Notes under the pieces: generated by a model
Told to the model about the DNA's origin: nothing
The model's input: the letters and a program-made list of their open reading frames with translations, nothing else
Databases searched by the model: none
Virus record (IMG/VR): IMGVR_UViG_3300022744_000001
Coordinates: 130,022 to 194,021 of that record
From: a virus
Strand: one strand, 5' to 3'
Length of the DNA stretch: 64,000 nucleotides
Position numbers and translations under genes: made by a program
Part shown: piece after piece, positions 54,438 to 62,481 of the stretch
Layout: the number at the start of each line of letters is the position of its first letter
Position numbering within the stretch: position 1 is the stretch's first letter

Positions 54438-54850
54438 CCTATCATGTCGAACCGGGTCCGGACGTCTTCGGGGCGGGCCCCGTCGATGAGGGTCTTCCGG
54501 ACGGTCACCAGCTTTGGACGAAGGAGCGAGGCCCACGGCCCCTCCGCCGTCTGAAGCTCACTCTCCCAGATTCGGACCAAAGCCATTTTGAGCTGGTAGG
54601 GGGCCTCTGCGTACCGCCAGAGATTCGAGGCGGTCACCATGATCAACGGGAAGATTTCCCGGAGGTCTTTGGGCTCGCGCTCCCAACGGCCGCTCACCGT
54701 GCCCACCAGCGTGTAGCGGCGGTTGAGGTTGGCCGCCAGGGTGAGCACGTCGTAAGGGGACAAGCCTCCGATGTCCACGTAATGCGTGTGGGTCGTAGCG
54801 CTCGTCGTCTGCTCTAGGATGAGGACCGTCACCCTAGTTTTGTACACCAA
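54434..54850 (-). CDS. hypothetical protein
   Basis: 138 aa. Confidence 0.55.
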   Translation of the reverse strand: MVYKTRVTVLILEQTTSATTHTHYVDIGGLSPYDVLTLAANLNRRYTLVGTVSGRWEREPKDLREIFPLIMVTASNLWRYAEAPYQLKMALVRIWESELQTAEGPWASLLRPKLVTVRKTLIDGARPEDVRTRFDMIG

Positions 54851-55198
54851 TCAGTCCTTGTTCACCATTTTGGTCCGACGTACGCGCCAGTTTTCAAGGT
54901 CAAACTCCTCCCCCAGGGTGCCTTGTTTGACCGTCTCGGCAACCTCCTTGGGCCCGAACGGAACCTTGTGCGGGGGCGCGCTCGCGTACGAAGGCTCGTC
55001 GAAGAACATGGTTGCGTGGTCCTTGGTCCAGAGCTTGGACTCGAGGTCAAACTGGAGGAGCTTGCCACCGCCCAAAACCGTGAGCTTGAGGCTGGGGCCC
55101 GTCCAACCCAGGCCGTAACGATCCTTGTGAGGGTCTTTGACCAAGAACTCGTACCCGGTGCCTTCGATGGTGATTTTGCGTGCGTTGGGGAGACTCAT
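54851..55198 (-). CDS. hypothetical protein
   Basis: Start MSLPNARKITIEG. Confidence 0.5.
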   Translation of the reverse strand: MSLPNARKITIEGTGYEFLVKDPHKDRYGLGWTGPSLKLTVLGGGKLLQFDLESKLWTKDHATMFFDEPSYASAPPHKVPFGPKEVAETVKQGTLGEEFDLENWRVRRTKMVNKD

Positions 55199-55212
55199 TG
55201 CTCTCTGCTTTC

Positions 55213-55419
55213 TTACGGGGTTCCAATCCAATCACGGGGAGCTTCTACTGCATGGGCGAGAAACGCCTCGCTCCACTGGAGAGAGGCTCGGTCGAAATAG
55301 TCGCGTGCATCGCGCTCTTCTGTAAATAGCGTGACGTCCGGCACCCCTTCACGGATGATGACCACCATCCAAGGCATGCCCCTCTCGGTCATAGGTTCAG
55401 CCTTGTCGTGATATACCAC
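55213..55419 (-). CDS. small hypothetical protein
   Basis: 68 aa. Confidence 0.4.
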   Translation of the reverse strand: MVYHDKAEPMTERGMPWMVVIIREGVPDVTLFTEERDARDYFDRASLQWSEAFLAHAVEAPRDWIGTP

Positions 55420-55766
55420 TGGGGTTCTGCCGGGACCGGCCAGCCCACTGCTTCGGCCGCTTTGGCAAGCCGCTCAGCCCAATCCGGCTGAGGGGTCAAG
55501 TCTGTGGGAACCGGGTAGGGAGCAGCGTTGACTCGGCAACGAGCTTCTCGAATCGCCAACCCGATCCGCTCATCGTCCGACTGAACCCCATACCAAACCG
55601 GCTCCACCCCAAACGGCTCGAGCACGGTGGCCAAGGTGTCGATGAATTTGGCAAACCCAGGCTCAAAGAGCAGAGACAACTCAACCTCTTTGGGCAAGCC
55701 ACTATTGCCAAACCGCTCTTTTTCACTAGCGGCTAGGCCGAACCATAACGTTGCCGACACATCCAT
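55389..55766 (-). CDS. hypothetical protein
   Basis: 125 aa. Confidence 0.5.
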   Translation of the reverse strand: MDVSATLWFGLAASEKERFGNSGLPKEVELSLLFEPGFAKFIDTLATVLEPFGVEPVWYGVQSDDERIGLAIREARCRVNAAPYPVPTDLTPQPDWAERLAKAAEAVGWPVPAEPQWYITTRLNL

Positions 55767-55782
55767 AGCAGGTTTCTACACC

Positions 55783-55805
55783 GTTGTGGTGTAATCGAGC
55801 GCATG
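55783..55805 (+). promoter_or_regulatory. start-proximal promoter-like motif (class 1)
   Basis: TGTGGTGTAATCGAGCGCATG. Confidence 0.45.
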
Positions 55806-56381
55806 CCAACACTGAAAGACATCAACCTTCTTGCGTTTGGGCACACGATTCAGCTCGCCGGTGCCATCTTCCAGGGGGAAGATCGCACCCTTCTCTGCTT
55901 TTTCCCGGAAGATGGGCCCGACGGGGCTCTCGAGCCTTTCGAGCTTTCCCAGGAGGACTGGCAGGCCCTGGTGAAGCAGACCGACCTTCTCGAGACCGAG
56001 GTGCTCGCCAAGGCGTCCGACGGCACCCTGGCCAAGATCGTCCTGCGCAAGAGCCAGCGGCAGATCGATGCAGGGGTGCAGTGGAAGGTCTTTCAGCGGG
56101 ACAACTACTCGTGCCGCTACTGCGCCATCACCGGTGTGCCCCTCACGGTGGACCATCTGGTGACCTGGGAGGAAGGCGGGCCGACCACTCCGGAGAACCT
56201 GCTCAGCGCCTGCAAGAAGTGCAACAAGACGCGAGGGAACCTTTCCTACGCGGATTGGCTCAAGCACCCGCGTTACCAGGACCTGTCCAGGAAGCTCAGC
56301 GAGACTGTGCGAGCGGCAAACGAGGCAGTCGTGGCCACCCTGGCTGCCATCCCCCGCAACCTGCACCAGAGGACGCGCTGA
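55803..56381 (+). CDS. HNH endonuclease
   Basis: CRYCAITGVPLTVDHLV...LLSACKKCNKTRG; TGTGGTGTAATCGAGCGCATG motif at the start. Confidence 0.75.
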   Translation: MPTLKDINLLAFGHTIQLAGAIFQGEDRTLLCFFPEDGPDGALEPFELSQEDWQALVKQTDLLETEVLAKASDGTLAKIVLRKSQRQIDAGVQWKVFQRDNYSCRYCAITGVPLTVDHLVTWEEGGPTTPENLLSACKKCNKTRGNLSYADWLKHPRYQDLSRKLSETVRAANEAVVATLAAIPRNLHQRTR

Positions 56382-56590
56382 TGGCCACCCCCGATATGTG
56401 GCGGCGGTATCGGGACAACGGCCCTCTCAAAGAGGCCGAGCTGGTCGCCCTTCACGCCGAGGTGAGTGCCGCTATGCCCTACCTCAGCTCCAACCACCGT
56501 GAAGCAGCCGACCAAGCTCGAGCGGACATGCGACGGCTCGAAAGCCGCATCATAACCGCTCAAGAGCTACCTTGGAGAGCAGAGCGGTAG
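56381..56590 (+). CDS. small hypothetical protein
   Basis: Start overlaps the HNH gene's stop. Confidence 0.4.
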   Translation: MATPDMWRRYRDNGPLKEAELVALHAEVSAAMPYLSSNHREAADQARADMRRLESRIITAQELPWRAER

Positions 56591-56592
56591 CC

Positions 56593-57474
56593 TCACAAAA
56601 GGCCCTGCTTTTTCACAGCTCGCTCCAACTTCAACAGTAGCTCGATGCCTTCGGGTGTTGTCGCCACAAGCACGAGCTTTCTTCGGTGCTCAGTCGCAAT
56701 GTGGTCGTAGCTTTCAGGGTAAGCCCAGCGACAACGTCGGCATACCGCCGGGTCTTTCTGGGTTGTGAAGTTGGGGCAAGCTCGACATTCCTTGTCCTTT
56801 TCTGTGTTGCATGAAGCGCAAACCCCTTGGAAGGCGTCGAGTCCTTCTACCTCATGCAGCTCGTTCTCTACGATTCCATACGGCACACGGTGGTCGGCCT
56901 CTTTGCACGTCTTCTCTCGGCACAATGGGCAAATACCTTCAGTCCGTGCAAACAGCTCCCTCTTCTCGGTCTTTGTCAGGGGCTTTCGCCGCCCAATTCG
57001 TCGAACAAACGTCTCGGGACTCCAACGATAAATGGTCCCGTTTCCATCTGGCCCGCGATACGGAGCGGTGGACAAGGTCACGCCGGTCCGTGTTAGTTCG
57101 AAGACCGCCACGGGGTCATACGGGATTGCTTTGATTTGGTTGGTTGTGACGTAGCCTTGCTCGAACAACAACCCTCGCACTGCCTTCGCCATTCGCACAA
57201 GCCGTCGGTCAAGTACAGCCTCTAGGTACTCGACACAAGACCGGTCAAGTAAATCTTCCACTACCTCGGAGTCAGCTCGAGGTACTTCGGCCAGGATAAG
57301 AGCCCGCCAGCTCGCTCGATCTTCCAACGGAGGGAACGCCCGTTGTTTGGGCCGCATTAAATCGAGAAGCTCCTCCGCCTCGCTTTCCTCCGCCTCAACC
57401 TCTGCGAGCTTAGCAATGGCCCACTGAGGTTCAGGCTTCGGAAGGAACATCTCCAGGTCGTCGTCCTCATCCAT
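56593..57474 (-). CDS. HNH-domain protein with acidic N-terminus and extra Cys cluster
   Basis: GICPLCREKTCKEADHRVPY...GVCASCNTEKD plus CRACPNF...CRRCRW. Confidence 0.65.
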   Translation of the reverse strand: MDEDDDLEMFLPKPEPQWAIAKLAEVEAEESEAEELLDLMRPKQRAFPPLEDRASWRALILAEVPRADSEVVEDLLDRSCVEYLEAVLDRRLVRMAKAVRGLLFEQGYVTTNQIKAIPYDPVAVFELTRTGVTLSTAPYRGPDGNGTIYRWSPETFVRRIGRRKPLTKTEKRELFARTEGICPLCREKTCKEADHRVPYGIVENELHEVEGLDAFQGVCASCNTEKDKECRACPNFTTQKDPAVCRRCRWAYPESYDHIATEHRRKLVLVATTPEGIELLLKLERAVKKQGLL

Positions 57475-57521
57475 AGCTGGAGGAATACACCGACGGGTCG
57501 TAAACGGTGTAGCTCTCCTCC

Positions 57522-57893
57522 ATGAAAATCAGCAGCGAATACGTCAAGCAGATCCAAGACACCTTCGCGAACCACGGGGACTATGACACGGACGACCTTC
57601 TCAGGTGGGTTGAAAGCCTGTGCCAGGCCGTGGAAGAGCGCGATCAGGTGATTGCCAAAGCCCTGGAATTCGCACGAGACGGGCAGGTCGATGGGGCCCA
57701 CCACAAGATGTGGACCATCGACCAGATGGTGCGTGCGTTGACATCGTGCCCCATGGAACAGAAGACGCGCACACTTCGTTCTGGAGAAACCTACCAGAAC
57801 GAAGTGCAGGGGGAGTCTGAAGAGTACAAGAAGTTCGTTAAGGACTACGAGGGAGACGGCGGCGAATACAAGTGGGATGTCGGTATCCCGTGA
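57522..57893 (+). CDS. hypothetical protein
   Basis: CGGTGTAGCTCTCCTCCATG motif at the start. Confidence 0.55.
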   Translation: MKISSEYVKQIQDTFANHGDYDTDDLLRWVESLCQAVEERDQVIAKALEFARDGQVDGAHHKMWTIDQMVRALTSCPMEQKTRTLRSGETYQNEVQGESEEYKKFVKDYEGDGGEYKWDVGIP

Positions 57894-59651
57894 TCAATCC
57901 CAGAGGTTGTTCACCGTGTTGCAGGTAGAGAGAACAACCCACCCGCCTTGCGACGTGATCCAGACCATCCGTGCCGAGGTGTTCGTGCCGATGTCGAGGC
58001 CGTTATTTTGGTTGCTCGTGAATGACACGTACACCAGGTCTGTACCGCTGTTCACGCCGTTCACAATCTCTTTGACTGCGCCGTCCGTACCATCGGCAAG
58101 ATGAGCGTAAGTGGTCCCGCCCGTCGTGTTGATGACGACACAAAACTGCTTCGTTGGGTCGAGGGGGGCCGGGTTCTCGTTGACATTGTTGTCAGTCGTT
58201 AACGTGACGACTTCGAACCCTTTGACCATGGCAGCAAGGTTGTCGAGTGCCTGAGCGACCTGCACTGGTGCGCTGGTGCCCCAGTTGGCGGGAGTCGCCG
58301 GGGTGTACCCGACAAGGTTCGCCTGGTCCAAACGGGTGAGGGTGAGCTGTCCGCTGTGGCCGGGTTGGTTGAGAGAAACTTGGCTTTCAGCGTTGGTCGT
58401 GATGGACAGGTAACCGCTGCCACGGATCGTGTTATCTGCGACCTGGCTGCTTCCGGAAAGGTACAAATCAAGACCGTAAGAGCTGAGTTCAATCAGCTCT
58501 CCATCCGGACTCCCAGACCCCTGAATTGTAGTGTTCTCGAGGTAGACAGTAGCTCCACCTTGACTCAGGTTGATGCCTGCAACACTCGAACCGTTATAAA
58601 ACGCGCAGTTTTTGGCGTAAATATTGCGGCTAAGGGGGGTGTAGGGTGCCGTTGCGCTTACGTTGAAAACGACTGAGAGGTTTTCAACCCTGAGATCTGC
58701 GTCGTTATTGAGCTGAACCCCCTCGTTGAAGATCATAGCGGAATTCAGATTTGGGGCAGCACCCCGGAATGTGATGTTCTGCTGGTCGTAGGTTCCGGCC
58801 GGGACAGCATCGTTGCTGTCGATGACAACCACGCAGGAGCGACCATAATCCTGTGCCGCAGACAGGGCCTCCGCAAGCGTGGGGTATATGTATGGGGCTC
58901 GTGTATTCGAGCGCCAGATAAAGACCGGCTCCGGAACTTGCTCGAGTTGTTCATACGAGAGTTCACCCAAAAACGAGGGTTGACTCGAACTAAACGAACT
59001 GGAGAGATCGACTCGGACAGAAGCGAAGGAAACGTTGTCCCCGGAGAGAATGTCGTAACCCGCGTCGCTTTGCTCAAAGAGCGAAAGAGTTACACCGCCC
59101 TGATTCACTACACGGAAGCAACTGCTGTTGCTGAAACCACCTCCGTAGCAGGTGACCGACAATCCCGCTTCACCAGAGCCATCGATGAGAACGAGGGGAG
59201 CTGAACTTTGGTTGTCAAGGTAGGCGTGATCAAACACCCAGTCCTCGTATACGCCAGCAATGGTGATTGGAGTTCCGTTGCTGGCGCTCTGAAGAGTCAG
59301 GTTTTTGACTGTCCCCAAATGAGTCACGGTTGCTGGGTTGCCCTCAGCGTCTCCGAGAACCAGTCGGTCTCCATTGGTGCGGTACCCACAGAGCGTGACT
59401 CCAGCGAAATCGTACGTCCCCGATCCTGTGGGGGCCCCGCCTTGAATCAAGGAGGTATCGACGTAAATCGTTGCTACCCCGGCTGCCTTCGCTGCGTCAT
59501 ACGCTTCTTGAAAGGTTGCGTAGACGTTGCCCGCGGGGCTTGGCTCGCTGTTTCGGTAGACGAAACTCGATGAGCTGCCCCCACCTCCGCCCCCTTGACC
59601 GATGTTTTTGACGATAGTGCCGAAGCCGTCGTTTTGAATCGCCATGGTCAC
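57894..59651 (-). CDS. tailspike/tail-fibre-like right-handed beta-helix protein (pectate-lyase fold)
   Basis: 585 aa, rich in Asn/Ser/Thr/Gly repeats of ~22 aa as in parallel beta-helix coils; N-terminal Gly-rich linker; local GC is lower than the window. Confidence 0.7.
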   Translation of the reverse strand: MTMAIQNDGFGTIVKNIGQGGGGGGSSSSFVYRNSEPSPAGNVYATFQEAYDAAKAAGVATIYVDTSLIQGGAPTGSGTYDFAGVTLCGYRTNGDRLVLGDAEGNPATVTHLGTVKNLTLQSASNGTPITIAGVYEDWVFDHAYLDNQSSAPLVLIDGSGEAGLSVTCYGGGFSNSSCFRVVNQGGVTLSLFEQSDAGYDILSGDNVSFASVRVDLSSSFSSSQPSFLGELSYEQLEQVPEPVFIWRSNTRAPYIYPTLAEALSAAQDYGRSCVVVIDSNDAVPAGTYDQQNITFRGAAPNLNSAMIFNEGVQLNNDADLRVENLSVVFNVSATAPYTPLSRNIYAKNCAFYNGSSVAGINLSQGGATVYLENTTIQGSGSPDGELIELSSYGLDLYLSGSSQVADNTIRGSGYLSITTNAESQVSLNQPGHSGQLTLTRLDQANLVGYTPATPANWGTSAPVQVAQALDNLAAMVKGFEVVTLTTDNNVNENPAPLDPTKQFCVVINTTGGTTYAHLADGTDGAVKEIVNGVNSGTDLVYVSFTSNQNNGLDIGTNTSARMVWITSQGGWVVLSTCNTVNNLWD

Positions 59652-60091
59652 ACCAGCCTGACGAAAAGGGTTTGAGAGGACGTGAGCGTGTTTCGCACGG
59701 TTGTCGTGGTGAACGTGTTGTTGTGGGAGATATCCACGGTGCCCGTGGCATCTACCCAGGTAGAACCTACTTGCTTCAGCACCAAGACTTGAGGAGGAAG
59801 CCCGAAGCCATGCGAGAGGGTCAGCGTATCCCCTGCACCGCCGTAGGCGTCGAGCGTGTCCTGGTCCTCCAGGGTAACGATGCCCTGGTTCTTCCAGGCA
59901 TGAAGGTCACCCTTGAATGCACTACGAAGCACCTCAGAGGTGTTTGGTAGGTACACGAATTGGCCGGGCGCCAGGTAGCGATCTTCGCCCGCTCGCCCCT
60001 CTACCTGGGATGCATGGGTGATTCGCAGGTCGCGAAGGTAAAGCCTTCTGGTCCCAACGTTGGTGATTTTCACAGGGCCTCCATCCATCAA
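59648..60091 (-). CDS. putative virion/tail-associated protein
   Basis: Immediately upstream of the tailspike gene on the same strand; beta-rich composition. Confidence 0.5.
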   Translation of the reverse strand: MMDGGPVKITNVGTRRLYLRDLRITHASQVEGRAGEDRYLAPGQFVYLPNTSEVLRSAFKGDLHAWKNQGIVTLEDQDTLDAYGGAGDTLTLSHGFGLPPQVLVLKQVGSTWVDATGTVDISHNNTFTTTTVRNTLTSSQTLFVRLV

Positions 60092-60163
60092 AGCCCCAAA
60101 AAAGGATCACCTGCTGAATGAAGGTTCGATTTTTCGGTGTCATTCGCCTATGGAGGCACACAC

Positions 60164-61414
60164 ATGCCGGTAGGCGGTAAAGCAATTGTCTTGGGAGGGG
60201 GCACGTTCTTTCACGTGAGGCCGCATCTGGCCCTAGCCGCCCCCGCATTCGGAACAACGGCGGATCAGATCGGGGCCATGCTCCGGCAAAAGGGGTGGGA
60301 GGACACCACGGTTGTCAAAACCCGCATGGCCGGAGGAGATGCCAGCCTCGTCACGAACAATGACGTGGCCAAACTCCTCAATCTCATCCTGCAAGACCGG
60401 AATGTGAAAGTGCTCGTGATGAACGTAGCGCTGTGCGATTTCGAGGGCTCTATCGCGAACGAGAATGGGCTGACCCTCAGCGGGAAAGACCAACCTCGGC
60501 TCAAGACCTCGGAGGGCGGGCAGGTCATGCAGCTGGTTCCGGCGGACAAGCTCCTGGGCCGCATCCGGAAAGAGCGCAAGGACATTTTCCTGGTCGGGTT
60601 CAAAACGACCGCAGGGGCGAGCTACGAAGAGCAATACCGAGCCGGGCTCGAGCTGCTCAAGAAGTCCTCGTGCAACCTGGTTTTCGCGAACGACGTGCAA
60701 ACCCGCCAGCAAATGATCATCACGCCGGAGCAAGCGATCTACGGCGAATCCATGCACAGGTATGAGGCGCTTGAGCTGCTGGCTCAAATGACCACGGAGC
60801 GCGCCAACCTCACGTTCACCCGTTCCACCGTAGTCGAGGGCAAGGCAGTGCCCTGGAGTGCGACAGAGGTCCCCGCCTCTTTGCGCAAGGTCGTGGACCA
60901 CCTGATCAAGCGAGGGGCCTACAAGCCGTTCCTGGGCTCAACCGTCGGGCACTTCGCGGTGAAGGTGGCCGAGGGCCGGTTCCTCACCTCGATTCGCAAA
61001 TCGAACTTCAACAAGCTGGACGAGACCGGGCTCGTTCTGGTGGAGTCGATGGGCAACGACCGAGTCATCGCCCACGGGGCTCGACCCAGTGTCGGCGGGC
61101 AGTCCCAGCGGCTGATCTTCGGGGATCACCCGGACACCGACTGCATCGTCCACGCACACGTGCCTTTGCGCGACGAGGCCGGGGTCATTCCGATCGTCCC
61201 CCAGCGCCCCTACGAGTGTGGCTCGCACGAATGCGGGAAAAACACGAGCGAAGGTCTCCACGACTTCGGAGGCGGGCTCAAGGCCGTCATGCTAGACCAG
61301 CATGGGCCAAACGTCGTGTTCAATCGCAACATGGACCCCGACCGTGTGATCGAGTTCATCGAGCGAAATTGGGACCTGACCCGAAGCACGGATGGGGTAC
61401 TGACAGCTCCATGA
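60164..61414 (+). CDS. fusion protein: CoaB-like (phosphopantothenate-cysteine ligase fold) N-domain + class II aldolase/adducin-like C-domain
   Basis: N-terminus: GGGTFFHVRP...TTVV and ...IFLVGFKTTAGASYEEQYRAGLELLKKSSCNLVFANDV parallel the CoaB GGT..VR and VGFAAET...LDLICANDV motifs. C-terminus: RPSVGGQSQRLIFGDHPDTDCIVHAHVP parallels the class II aldolase PSSE..H..IY..RPDV.AVVHTHS metal-site motif. Confidence 0.7.
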   Translation: MPVGGKAIVLGGGTFFHVRPHLALAAPAFGTTADQIGAMLRQKGWEDTTVVKTRMAGGDASLVTNNDVAKLLNLILQDRNVKVLVMNVALCDFEGSIANENGLTLSGKDQPRLKTSEGGQVMQLVPADKLLGRIRKERKDIFLVGFKTTAGASYEEQYRAGLELLKKSSCNLVFANDVQTRQQMIITPEQAIYGESMHRYEALELLAQMTTERANLTFTRSTVVEGKAVPWSATEVPASLRKVVDHLIKRGAYKPFLGSTVGHFAVKVAEGRFLTSIRKSNFNKLDETGLVLVESMGNDRVIAHGARPSVGGQSQRLIFGDHPDTDCIVHAHVPLRDEAGVIPIVPQRPYECGSHECGKNTSEGLHDFGGGLKAVMLDQHGPNVVFNRNMDPDRVIEFIERNWDLTRSTDGVLTAP

Positions 61415-61920
61415 AGGACACCTACTGCTCCCATTGTGGCGCTCTCCACCAGGACGATGACGCCTACCCTCGCAAGTGCCGCGAGTGCTTCGAGTACGTC
61501 TATCAGAACCCAACCCCTGTGGTAGTGGTTCTGTTGCCGATTGGGGAAGGGCTTCTGACCGTTCGCCGCGCTATCCCGCCGCAGGTAGGTCAACTCTGCT
61601 TGCCCGGGGGCTTCCAGGACATCGAGACCTGGCGCAACGGGTGCGCGCGAGAACTCAAGGAGGAGGCTGGCATCGTTGTGGACCCGAACGCGATCCAGCT
61701 GTTTCGTGAACCCTGCTCCACTGCTTACTGCGACATTCAGCTCATCTTCGGGCTCGCTCCCGGCTTTGCCTCGGAGGAGGAACTCCGCGCACAGGCCACG
61801 CCCCATGACGACGAAGTTAGTGAGTTGGTCGTGATTTACGAGGACTTTGGGGAGCTAGCGTTCCCCACTCACACGGAGATGGCTCGAGCCTACTTCGAAG
61901 GACGCCTTCAGAAGACGTGA
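61411..61920 (+). CDS. NudC-like Nudix hydrolase with N-terminal Zn-ribbon
   Basis: CSHCG...CREC then the Nudix box GGFQDIETWRNGCARELKEEAGI; ATGA overlap with the upstream gene. Confidence 0.8.
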   Translation: MKDTYCSHCGALHQDDDAYPRKCRECFEYVYQNPTPVVVVLLPIGEGLLTVRRAIPPQVGQLCLPGGFQDIETWRNGCARELKEEAGIVVDPNAIQLFREPCSTAYCDIQLIFGLAPGFASEEELRAQATPHDDEVSELVVIYEDFGELAFPTHTEMARAYFEGRLQKT

Positions 61921-62201
61921 AGTACGACCTGTACCCAGTGTGGATGTGGGTTCACCAGAAAGAGGGGTTCGTTCGAAAAGAGCGCCCTTCAATGGATCCC
62001 TCTAACTGGGCACAGGGGATCGTGTGGTACGAGATTCGCGACACGGAAGGCCGAATCCTGGATTCGCAGTACACCTACGAAAGCGCCATGAAGGCTCTGG
62101 AAACGGTTTTCGAGCTGGATTCAATACTACAGGCGGTGCGAGACCATGCCCGACTTCATCCTGACCCCAACGAAGCTCCTCAATCCGAAGGACATCCGTA
62201 G
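61917..62201 (+). CDS. hypothetical protein
   Basis: GTG start overlapping the Nudix gene's stop. Confidence 0.4.
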   Translation: MKYDLYPVWMWVHQKEGFVRKERPSMDPSNWAQGIVWYEIRDTEGRILDSQYTYESAMKALETVFELDSILQAVRDHARLHPDPNEAPQSEGHP

Positions 62202-62472
62202 CGTAGACCTCTCTCAGCTTGGAGAGGGCTTTGTCCACCTGGAGACGTTCGGGGGCGAGCGCGAGACACTCACGGGGCCCCAGGCCATCGAGGCCGTCAT
62301 GGCTCTTCGCCCCTCCGCGCTCGAGGGCCATCGCCTCAAATGGCCGAGGCACACCTGGGCGCTCCACAACCTGGTCGGGCACCCGCTCATGCAGCTCTTG
62401 GCGTTCGTCAAGCTCTACAAAGCAGCCATGTGGGTGCACGATGTGACTGTCCCGAAACCAAAATCGGTGTAG
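62146..62472 (+). CDS. hypothetical protein
   Basis: 108 aa. Confidence 0.5.
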   Translation: MPDFILTPTKLLNPKDIRSVDLSQLGEGFVHLETFGGERETLTGPQAIEAVMALRPSALEGHRLKWPRHTWALHNLVGHPLMQLLAFVKLYKAAMWVHDVTVPKPKSV

Positions 62473-62481
62473 TTTCCGGGC

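Noticed and set aside
60233-60901. 222-aa minus-strand ORF inside the fusion gene
   Set aside because: Antisense to the CoaB-aldolase fusion, which has strong family motifs.
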